Position numbers and translations under genes: made by a program
Shown: in pieces, positions 1-5,683 of the stretch
How the letters are laid out: the number at the start of each line of letters is the position of its first letter
Numbering within the stretch: position 1 is the stretch's first letter
Virus record (IMG/VR): IMGVR_UViG_2802429221_000018
Direction: 5' to 3' (one strand)
Source: a virus
Taxonomy: Duplodnaviria; Heunggongvirae; Uroviricota; Caudoviricetes
DNA length: 6,809 nt
Notes under the pieces: model-generated
Databases searched by the model: none
What the model saw: only the letters and a program-made list of their open reading frames with translations
Told to the model about the DNA's origin: nothing

Positions 1-1314
1 CTAACCCACTGATTTTAATAGGCCTCTTGTGTCACTTTGGTGACTATGGGACATCATTGGGACATAATCTGCCAGCTTCTGATTCAGCATTGCGATCTGT
101 TCTGCATTGCTGTCAGTCATCCATGCTCCGTATACATTGAACACCATCTGGGCACTTGCATGGCCCATCTGGCTGGCAATGAAGCTTGGATTTGCTCCGG
201 CAGATAATGACCAGCACGCATAAGTGTGTCGTGACTGGTATGCCTTTCGATGCCTGATGCCTGCACGTTTAATGGCTGTTTCCCATGAGTCGCCAATGGA
301 ATCTACCTTGTAGATAAAACCTACCTGTTTGCTTTTTCTAACCACCTGGGGGTTAAATACGAAAGTACATTCATGATTCACTGAACGTCCATATTCACGT
401 AGTTGAACCTTGATGTGGTGCTGCTTACCCAGTCTTGTCATTTCAGCCTGATTTTTCAGGACACTGATAGCGGGCTGGATAAGATGCACAACCCTGTTTG
501 TACTTGCTTCAGTTTTAGGTAGAGTGAACTCACCGAGTTTCGTATAATTGCGCCTGATAGTAATTGTTCCTGCTTTCAGATCGATATCTTCCCAGGCCAG
601 GGAGACCAGTTCACCATGACGCATTCCTGTGTACACAGCCAATGACCACAGGTTTTTTGTCTGCTGATGCCGGCAAGCATCTATCAGGCGAATAAATTCG
701 TCACGAGTTAGCGGATCTGGCTCTGCCCTGGCTCTTTTAAGAGGCTTAATTCCCTCGAAGGGATTTGCTTCTAAGTAACCGTGATCTGCAGCAAACTGAA
801 ACATTCCAGCGATTGTCGTCATATAATAATTTACAGTAACGACGCTCCGTCCTCTTGCTGGTGCTTTGTCTTTCGTTGAATTCTGATATCCGGTCAGCAA
901 ATCTTTCCTGATATACAGCAATTCCTCTTTGGTCACCGTTGACACCAGTCTGCTACCTCCAATTTTCGGAACCATCGTTCTTGCAACGGATTCATAGCGA
1001 TTGAATGCATTTGCAGAGATTTCCATGCGTTTCAGATCCAGCCACTTTTCTTCAAGCTCTTTCACCGTAATTTCTTTTTTATTTACCCCAAAAGCCCTGA
1101 GGTTAGGAGAGTCAGGGAACTGCGCAGCGTAATCAAAGTTTCCTGTACGAATGGCAAAACATACAGATGTCCGCAGCTCTCCGGCGATCTTCCTGTTCTT
1201 GGCAGTGTCAGGGACACCAAGGTTTTCCCTGACACGTTTACCTTTAAAATTAAACCAGATGCGTAATGTGCCACCGTGGTTTTCGACGCCTGTTGGATAT
1301 TTGACTTTATCCAT
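1..1314 (-). CDS. int: Phage integrase, lambda-family tyrosine recombinase with N-terminal arm-type DNA-binding domain
   Basis: 437-aa minus-strand ORF, ATG at 1314..1312 with GGAGG 5 nt upstream (minus sense), stop TAG at 3..1. N-terminus (YPTGVENHGGTLRIWFNFKGKRVRENLGV...FDYAAQFP) fits the arm-binding domain pattern of lambda-like integrases. C-terminal half has the tyrosine-recombinase catalytic pattern (RHRKAYQSRHTYA ... GHASAQMVFNVYGAW). Adjacent to an excisionase-like gene. Confidence 0.9.
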   Translation of the reverse strand: MDKVKYPTGVENHGGTLRIWFNFKGKRVRENLGVPDTAKNRKIAGELRTSVCFAIRTGNFDYAAQFPDSPNLRAFGVNKKEITVKELEEKWLDLKRMEISANAFNRYESVARTMVPKIGGSRLVSTVTKEELLYIRKDLLTGYQNSTKDKAPARGRSVVTVNYYMTTIAGMFQFAADHGYLEANPFEGIKPLKRARAEPDPLTRDEFIRLIDACRHQQTKNLWSLAVYTGMRHGELVSLAWEDIDLKAGTITIRRNYTKLGEFTLPKTEASTNRVVHLIQPAISVLKNQAEMTRLGKQHHIKVQLREYGRSVNHECTFVFNPQVVRKSKQVGFIYKVDSIGDSWETAIKRAGIRHRKAYQSRHTYACWSLSAGANPSFIASQMGHASAQMVFNVYGAWMTDSNAEQIAMLNQKLADYVPMMSHSHQSDTRGLLKSVG

Positions 1315-1369
1315 CGATACCTCCAGACGCCCAAGAGCGATACGAGCTTACATATTTCATGGTATTAAA

Positions 1370-1606
1370 TCACCTGGGTTGTTTGTTTTTCATTGAAGCG
1401 ACCCAGGCATCGATTGCTTTTCTGTTATACATACATTCGCTGGAAGGTTTTGGATTACCGTCAGGCGATACGTGAATATACTCTCTTCCTACCATCCAGC
1501 ATTCTTTCCGGGCCCGGAGAATTGTGCCTGGTTTGAGCCCGGTAATTGCGATAAGAACGCTTTCACAAACCCATTCATTGGGAGCCAGTTGAATCACATT
1601 GCCCAT
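1370..1606 (-). CDS. xis: Excisionase-like DNA-binding protein (Xis / putative excisionase family)
   Basis: 78-aa minus-strand ORF, ATG at 1606..1604 with GAGG upstream, stop TGA at 1372..1370, 55 bp upstream of int on the same strand. Sequence pattern (NEWV...ITGLKPGTILRARKEC...GREYIHV...YNRKAIDAWV) resembles small winged-helix excisionase-like proteins found beside prophage integrases. Family assignment is from memory, not a search. Confidence 0.65.
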   Translation of the reverse strand: MGNVIQLAPNEWVCESVLIAITGLKPGTILRARKECWMVGREYIHVSPDGNPKPSSECMYNRKAIDAWVASMKNKQPR

Positions 1607-1614
1607 GCATTACC

Positions 1615-1761
1615 TCACACAACACTCAGCCCACGGCAGTGGCACCACACTTCAAACATTCGTTTCACAATTTCACGGCAGTAGAAACCGTCAACATCTC
1701 GCGTCAGGTCATAGCGATTGCCGTAACGCTGGCGTACCCATAGCTCAAACGCTTTGTTCAT
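1615..1761 (-). CDS. Small hypothetical protein (48 aa, Cys/His-containing)
   Basis: ORF below the supplied track threshold, translated by hand: MNKAFELWVRQRYGNRYDLTRDVDGFYCREIVKRMFEVWCHCRGLSVV. ATG at 1761..1759 with AAGGAA 7 nt upstream; stop TGA at 1617..1615, 8 nt before the xis start. Tight packing between two supported genes on the same strand. Confidence 0.5.
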   Translation of the reverse strand: MNKAFELWVRQRYGNRYDLTRDVDGFYCREIVKRMFEVWCHCRGLSVV

Positions 1762-1764
1762 TCT

Positions 1765-2007
1765 TTATTTCCTTTTCATAGCCCGTAATTTTTTCAGATG
1801 AGTTTCCTGTTCTGTTTCTGCCAGAATTTGTCGGTATTCCTGGTGATCGAGTCGTTCAAACAGTTCATTAAAATCGTTTATTTTTACCGACTGTGTTCGC
1901 CCATCCATTCTTTTGTACAACACTGTGTTATTTATGCAGCGAATAATTTTTACCGGGTAACCGGCACTGTCGGTATACAGTTGCCCTTGATTAATCAAAG
2001 CGAACAT
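1765..2007 (-). CDS. Hypothetical phage protein (80 aa)
   Basis: Internal ATG (2007..2005) of track ORF 1765..2130, preceded by AGGAGA 5 nt upstream. The longer N-terminal extension would overlap the upstream gene. Stop TAA at 1767..1765, 3 nt before the next start. No recognisable domain. Confidence 0.55.
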   Translation of the reverse strand: MFALINQGQLYTDSAGYPVKIIRCINNTVLYKRMDGRTQSVKINDFNELFERLDHQEYRQILAETEQETHLKKLRAMKRK

Positions 2008-2038
2008 TTTTTCTCCTGCTCTCTGAATAGTGAGAACT

Positions 2039-2410
2039 TCAGAGCCGTATGTTTGTAGCGGGTTCAATACTGATAATTTCTGCTGAGATAAGCATCCCGG
2101 CAAGCCAGAGCTCTCCGGACAGGTCTTCATCCTGGCATGTCAGTTCGCCAATATTAATGGTAGCCATGATATCCGTTCCCCCTGTGCGCTCATTCTGGAC
2201 TTCTTCATAAGGTAGCGTTGCGTACAGGCTTTCAATAGCGCAACTGATAACATCCAGTCCGGTCAGATTGCCGCCGACAGTGACTTCGAATGTTTCGCGG
2301 TATTCCCATAGTCCGAAAGTTAATCGAACGGTTTGTTTTGCCATGCGTCCGCATGACGTCAGATTTGGGTCATAGTTCATTATTTGCGGTTGAGTATTCT
2401 GGGGGTTCAT
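2039..2410 (-). CDS. Hypothetical phage protein (123 aa)
   Basis: Track ORF 2039..2482. Start chosen at ATG 2410..2408 (MNPQNTQ...), which has AAGGGAAG upstream and leaves a 40-nt gap after the SPFH gene stop at 2451. The annotated 2482 start would overlap that gene. No recognisable domain. Confidence 0.5.
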   Translation of the reverse strand: MNPQNTQPQIMNYDPNLTSCGRMAKQTVRLTFGLWEYRETFEVTVGGNLTGLDVISCAIESLYATLPYEEVQNERTGGTDIMATINIGELTCQDEDLSGELWLAGMLISAEIISIEPATNIRL

Positions 2411-2450
2411 CTGATCTTCCCTTAGCCCGGCGACTTGCCGGGCATATAAG

Positions 2451-3278
2451 TTATTTAACCTGGATAAATGGTGTATTAGCACCGCTGGTCATGTATTGCG
2501 GCAGTGTGCCGTTCCATTTATTGATGGCTTCCAGCTCCATAACACCGGGGTTCTGGCGCAGAGCTTCACCGCGTAAACGAATAGCATCGGCTTCGGCCTG
2601 GGCTTTTGTGCGAATCGCATCAGCCTGTCCGGCAGCTTCCGCGCGCAACATGTTGGCTTCCGCTTCGCGCTGTTTAACTTCCTGCTCGCGCTGCAGTGTT
2701 TTCTGGTTCGCCGTGACTTTGGCATTAATGCTGTCGATAACAGTAGGCGGGTACTCCGGCTTACCCACATATGAGAGGCTCATTACCTGAATACCGATAG
2801 GTGTCATCTCTGCCTGAATGTCTTTAAGAGCTTCATCAAGCAGCTCAGACTTGCCGCCGTCGATAAATTTGTCAGTGGTCATTTTGCTGGCCAGTCGGTT
2901 GAGTGCGTCGGCGATCTTCTGGCGCAGGTCGGTGTCTGTAATGTCATCCACGCCTTTGCGGTAGGTCTGAAACACCGTGGTAACTTTGGATGGATCAACT
3001 TTGTAGGCCACGCCAATGTGATAGCCGATGGTTGTACCGTCACTCATCTGGAAACTGAACGGTTCATCGTAGGTCTTCATTTGCTTGAAGGTGGGGAAGA
3101 TGTAAACTTCAGTATTCCAGCCAGTCCAGTAGCGACCAACACCGACCACCTCACCGACGCCTTTGTCGTCGCCCAGTTTATTTACCTTGATGCCAACATT
3201 ACCTGGTTCAACGCGATCGCAACCGACAAGGCCAATAGTCGGCAGAATAATGGCTAAAGCAAAAATAATTTTTTTCAT
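2451..3278 (-). CDS. SPFH / band-7 (stomatin-prohibitin-flotillin-like) domain lipoprotein
   Basis: 275-aa ORF. N-terminus MKKIIFALAIILPTIGLVGC is a signal peptide ending in a lipobox (LVGC). The body has the SPFH-family pattern, followed by an Ala/Glu/Arg/Gln-rich coiled-coil stretch (REQEVKQREAEANMLRAEAAGQADAIRTKAQAEADAIRLRGEALRQNPGVMELEAINKWNGTLP) typical of C-terminal regions of bacterial SPFH proteins. SD TAAGGA upstream; ATGA start/stop overlap with the preceding 62-aa gene. Confidence 0.8.
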   Translation of the reverse strand: MKKIIFALAIILPTIGLVGCDRVEPGNVGIKVNKLGDDKGVGEVVGVGRYWTGWNTEVYIFPTFKQMKTYDEPFSFQMSDGTTIGYHIGVAYKVDPSKVTTVFQTYRKGVDDITDTDLRQKIADALNRLASKMTTDKFIDGGKSELLDEALKDIQAEMTPIGIQVMSLSYVGKPEYPPTVIDSINAKVTANQKTLQREQEVKQREAEANMLRAEAAGQADAIRTKAQAEADAIRLRGEALRQNPGVMELEAINKWNGTLPQYMTSGANTPFIQVK

Positions 3279-3463
3279 CTTTTATCCTTAGTGAAAGAAA
3301 GACCCTTGTAAATGGCATAAATGCAGGGCGGGGTCAGAAACGTCAGTGCAAAGCCAGAAATAACTGCTATCGTATCCTTCATGGATATAAGGAACGGAAC
3401 GAGTAATCCGTAAATGCATGCGATAATTGCCAGTAAAATTACTATTGTGAAATACAGTCTCAT
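3275..3463 (-). CDS. Small integral membrane protein, two predicted TM helices (possible NfeD-like partner of the SPFH protein)
   Basis: 62-aa ORF MRLYFTIVILLAIIACIYGLLVPFLISMKDTIAVISGFALTFLTPPCIYAIYKGLSFTKDKR with two hydrophobic segments. Its stop overlaps the SPFH start (ATGA at 3278..3275). SD is weak, so the start is uncertain. Confidence 0.55.
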   Translation of the reverse strand: MRLYFTIVILLAIIACIYGLLVPFLISMKDTIAVISGFALTFLTPPCIYAIYKGLSFTKDKR

Positions 3464-3486
3464 TGGTCTGTGGTATCCCGATATTT

Positions 3487-3594
3487 TTAACCGACTGACA
3501 GCGCAATAAAGAGAATAATGATTTCAGTTAGTGTCAGCACTGTGGCAAGGATTAAAATCAGTTTTACTCTGCTTAATTCACGGTTGCTTTTCAT
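3487..3594 (-). CDS. Putative 35-aa single-TM hydrophobic peptide
   Basis: Hand-translated from ATG 3594..3592: MKSNRELSRVKLILILATVLTLTEIIILFIALSVG, stop TAA at 3489..3487. Basic N-terminus followed by one hydrophobic helix. No convincing SD, so this may be non-coding. Confidence 0.3.
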   Translation of the reverse strand: MKSNRELSRVKLILILATVLTLTEIIILFIALSVG

Positions 3595-3605
3595 ATAAAC
3601 GGTTA

Positions 3606-3632
3606 GTAAAAAACGGAAGAATTATATTCTTC
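3606..3632 (-). terminator. Weak intrinsic-terminator-like hairpin followed by U-run (minus-strand sense)
   Basis: Inverted repeat GAAGAAT (3616-3622) / ATTCTTC (3626-3632) with a 3-nt loop. In minus-strand sense it is followed by CG and TTTTTT (plus A-run 3608-3613), directly after the TAA stop of the 193-aa gene. The stem is AT-rich, so stability is low. Confidence 0.35.
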
Positions 3633-3639
3633 TTAATAT

Positions 3640-4221
3640 TTAATGTGTCACTGGCGCTTCTGGCATACCATGAGTATTCAGGTCGTAAATCATTTCATCC
3701 AGAAGGAGTTCAAGCCCTTCGCGCCCCATAGCAGAGAGAATGAAACCATTATCAGGATCTGCGATGAGCATTTTTTGATAGAGAAACAGAACTCGCCCCA
3801 TGCCTTCAGCTTCGCCATATTTTTCAATAAATCTCCATTCGACATGGTTTTGCAGGGCAATGCGAAGTGGTCCGGGGTAGATACTCAGGCAACCATGTTT
3901 CCCCTTGTAAATAACTGCGCGATCTGTAGTTCCATTATCGTTAGGGATATCAACGGTACCGTTCTTGTCTTTCTCTTCATTTATAAACGTAGTCACATAC
4001 AGCCATCGCCATTGAGCAACTTTCATATCGACTGAAAATCGTCCCAGCAACCCTGCATCATCGGCTTCAGCAATACATTGCATGATTCTTAAACCGTGTG
4101 AGTTTGGATAATCGTATTCACCATCATTAAGTCGCTGTACGGCCTCAACATAATCAATGGTTGTATTGCCAATTTTTATGCCATGTGGCGTAACTTCTGG
4201 TTGGAACTCTGAATGATTCAT
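3640..4221 (-). CDS. Hypothetical protein (193 aa), distal gene of the accessory cassette
   Basis: Track ORF 3640..4296. Start chosen at internal ATG 4221..4219 (MNHSEFQPEV...), which has a strong AAGGAG SD 8 nt upstream and forms an ATGA start/stop overlap with the upstream 62-aa gene. Stop TAA at 3642..3640. No recognisable catalytic motif by eye. Confidence 0.7.
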   Translation of the reverse strand: MNHSEFQPEVTPHGIKIGNTTIDYVEAVQRLNDGEYDYPNSHGLRIMQCIAEADDAGLLGRFSVDMKVAQWRWLYVTTFINEEKDKNGTVDIPNDNGTTDRAVIYKGKHGCLSIYPGPLRIALQNHVEWRFIEKYGEAEGMGRVLFLYQKMLIADPDNGFILSAMGREGLELLLDEMIYDLNTHGMPEAPVTH

Positions 4222-4406
4222 AATGTTTTCTCCTTTGCTGGTGGAATAATTGTGTAGCCAGCTCTTTTTGCCATCCACAGAAATGTATCCATGCAACCAA
4301 CGAATTCATTATCCAACAGATGTTTTGAGTAAATTACTTCACCATTTTCAATGGTTAGCAACACTCTTACTTTTTTATGTGTTATGTTCTGTTGTTTTTC
4401 TTCCAT
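4218..4406 (-). CDS. Hypothetical small protein (62 aa), translationally coupled to the 193-aa gene
   Basis: Track ORF 4218..4421. Start chosen at ATG 4406..4404 (MEEKQQNITHKK...), with GGGAGA 7 nt upstream. Stop TGA overlaps the ATG of the downstream gene (TTATGA at 4223..4218). Confidence 0.6.
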   Translation of the reverse strand: MEEKQQNITHKKVRVLLTIENGEVIYSKHLLDNEFVGCMDTFLWMAKRAGYTIIPPAKEKTL

Positions 4407-4410
4407 TGAC

Positions 4411-4524
4411 TTATCTCCCATATGCTTTGCGCAAATACAGGCTGGCTATATGAAGATAAGAATCTCCATGTTGTGCAATGAGGCAGGCAGTTTTATACGA
4501 TGCCTTATGTTTCAGGAAAGTCAT
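4411..4524 (-). CDS. Putative 37-aa peptide
   Basis: Hand-translated from ATG 4524..4522: MTFLKHKASYKTACLIAQHGDSYLHIASLYLRKAYGR, stop TAA 4413..4411. Strong SD AGGAGA 7 nt upstream. The SD of the next gene lies in its last codons. Short, so uncertain. Confidence 0.35.
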   Translation of the reverse strand: MTFLKHKASYKTACLIAQHGDSYLHIASLYLRKAYGR

Positions 4525-4602
4525 AACATAATCTCCTGCGAATAAAGGTTGCAACAATCCCCGACGATAAAACCGTAATAAACATTCAGGGAATATTTAT
4601 TG

Positions 4603-4968
4603 TTATTGCGCTAATTCTTTTTCGGCAGCAGATTTTGCATATTCACATGCAAAATTCAGAATTTCGCTGCCAAGTGTTTTTGTTTCGTGATTACTTGACA
4701 TATGTAATACCTGTGTTGCATGCAATAAATGATAAACATTTACCGCAAATGAGTCAGGCTCCAGACAAATGCCTTCATAATCATCTTGTTGTGAGGTTGT
4801 TTCTGTCATTGCTCCTGAAGTGCATGCGAGCCTGTTTTTGACAATTCTCTTTCCTCTAATCACTATATCGGCAACATCTATTGCCTTTACAACCTCCGGG
4901 AGAAGTTCCGGGTTTGTATAATCAAAGTCATCAACATGGAGAACAGTTATGTTTTCGAACTTTTTCAT
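4603..4968 (-). CDS. Hypothetical protein (121 aa), first gene of the accessory cassette
   Basis: ATG at 4968..4966 with GAGGAAG 5 nt upstream; stop TAA at 4605..4603. Translation MKKFENITVLHVDDFDYTNPELLPEVVKAIDVADIVIRGKRIVKNR... has no domain I can name. Confidence 0.65.
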   Translation of the reverse strand: MKKFENITVLHVDDFDYTNPELLPEVVKAIDVADIVIRGKRIVKNRLACTSGAMTETTSQQDDYEGICLEPDSFAVNVYHLLHATQVLHMSSNHETKTLGSEILNFACEYAKSAAEKELAQ

Positions 4969-5096
4969 GGCTTCCTCAGCTGACTTATATGTTCTGCTAT
5001 ATAGCGAGTCTCAGAAGTGTTTTCATATTGAGACTGTTTCCGCAATGATTGATAAAAATGTTCGCATGTACCTTGAGGGGCGAAGCGGTGATTATG
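4969..5096 (-). promoter_or_regulatory. Intergenic control region upstream of the 121-aa gene, with palindrome and inverted repeat
   Basis: 128-bp non-coding gap between two minus-strand genes. Perfect 10-bp palindrome GCTATATAGC (4996-5005); inverted repeat AGTCTCA (5007-5013) / TGAGACT (5029-5035); weak hairpin plus T-run in minus sense (5054-5085) that could terminate the upstream HTH gene. Promoter hexamers not confidently placed. Confidence 0.35.
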
Positions 5097-5615
5097 TCAC
5101 CATTGGTATTGGTTCTTCCGTAGAAGAGCTTCGCGAGATAAGGAGCAAACTTGTTGAGATGCGTCATGGTGTTGCTGCTCCTCACTTTTTGGTTGCTCCG
5201 GAGGAGTAACCTCGCCAGTTAACAGCCACATCGGATCGCAGCCAAGAATATTTGCCAGTGGGATAAGCATACTGATAGTTGGTTCATACTCTCCGCTCTC
5301 CCACTGGATGATGATTTCTTCATCGAGATCGAGCAGCCTGGCGAGTTCGGCGGTTGTTAAGCCGCAGGCTTCGCGTTGGGTGCGAAGGCGGGAACTAATA
5401 GTCACCATAGCAAGGTGACGGCAAGATTTAGTGCGCTCTTGTCTTCTTTGTGAAAAATCTTCTTGTGCAAGAGAAGATGCCAGTTCAGCTGAAATTAGAA
5501 GTAATGAATATGAAACATCTCGCTCTTTCTCGGTACCTGAAGACAACAAGCAGGCTGCGTTAAGGGATGCAGAAAGCTTGTTGATGTCATCTATAGCGTC
5601 AATAAAATCGATCAT
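5097..5615 (-). CDS. HTH-XRE family DNA-binding protein with an additional ~69-aa N-terminal region
   Basis: 172-aa ORF, ATG at 5615..5613 with GGAG upstream, stop TGA 5099..5097. Residues ~70-136 (TISSRLRTQREACGLTTAELARLLDLDEEIIIQWESGEYEPTISMLIPLANILGCDPMWLLTGE) are a textbook Cro/CI-type helix-turn-helix. The N-terminal 69 aa and C-terminal ~36 aa are unassigned. Confidence 0.7.
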   Translation of the reverse strand: MIDFIDAIDDINKLSASLNAACLLSSGTEKERDVSYSLLLISAELASSLAQEDFSQRRQERTKSCRHLAMVTISSRLRTQREACGLTTAELARLLDLDEEIIIQWESGEYEPTISMLIPLANILGCDPMWLLTGEVTPPEQPKSEEQQHHDASQQVCSLSREALLRKNQYQW

Positions 5616-5655
5616 TTCTCAAAGCTCCAATAATGCGCTGTGAGGTAATGATTTA

Positions 5656-5681
5656 TCAACTATAATTGATAGTCAAGTATA
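5656..5681. promoter_or_regulatory. Operator-like sites between the repressor gene and the HTH gene (OL-like)
   Basis: TCAACTATAATTGA (5656-5669) matches the perfect palindrome at 6177-6190 in 12 of 14 positions. The adjacent TCAAGTATA (5673-5681) is an exact left half-site. A TTGACT hexamer is present on the minus strand. Confidence 0.45.
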
Positions 5682-5683
5682 AT

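Noticed and set aside
1083-1396. Two small ORFs (83 aa minus, 81 aa plus) overlapping the int 5' end
   Set aside because: Embedded in or antisense to the well-supported integrase gene; no start signals.
2007-2130. N-terminal extension of the 80-aa ORF (start at 2130)
   Set aside because: Would overlap the 123-aa gene by about 90 nt; the internal ATG at 2007 has a strong AGGAGA SD.
2410-2482. N-terminal extension of the 123-aa ORF (start at 2482)
   Set aside because: Would overlap the last 32 nt of the SPFH gene; the internal ATG at 2410 has an SD and leaves a clean intergenic gap.
2489-2770. 93-aa minus-strand ORF
   Set aside because: Alternative frame inside the SPFH gene; Arg/Lys-rich nonsense-like translation, no independent start signals.
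2290-2790. 166-aa plus-strand ORF
   Set aside because: Antisense to the SPFH lipoprotein gene, which has a strong family signature, and also overlaps the 123-aa gene. Its Ala/Arg/Ser-rich low-complexity translation is typical of the antisense frame of a GC-rich gene. No SD.
3288-3506. 72-aa minus-strand ORF
   Set aside because: Different frame overlapping the two-TM gene and the 35-aa peptide; no SD. The two-TM frame is supported by translational coupling to the SPFH gene.
3643-4035. 130-aa plus-strand ORF
   Set aside because: Antisense to the 193-aa gene, which has a strong SD and a coupled start. This ORF has no SD, and its Phe/Ile/Asn-rich translation is typical of a non-coding frame in AT-rich DNA.
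4221-4296. N-terminal extension of the 193-aa ORF (start at 4296)
   Set aside because: Would overlap the upstream 62-aa gene by about 80 nt in another frame. The internal ATG at 4221 has a near-consensus SD and an ATGA coupling junction.
4949-5209. 86-aa plus-strand ORF spanning the control region and the 3' end of the HTH gene
   Set aside because: Starts inside the 121-aa gene on the opposite strand, has no SD at any of its in-frame ATGs, and would lie across the palindrome and hairpin region. The minus-strand HTH frame is preferred, though the tail of that gene (5097-5207) remains uncertain because of this overlap.
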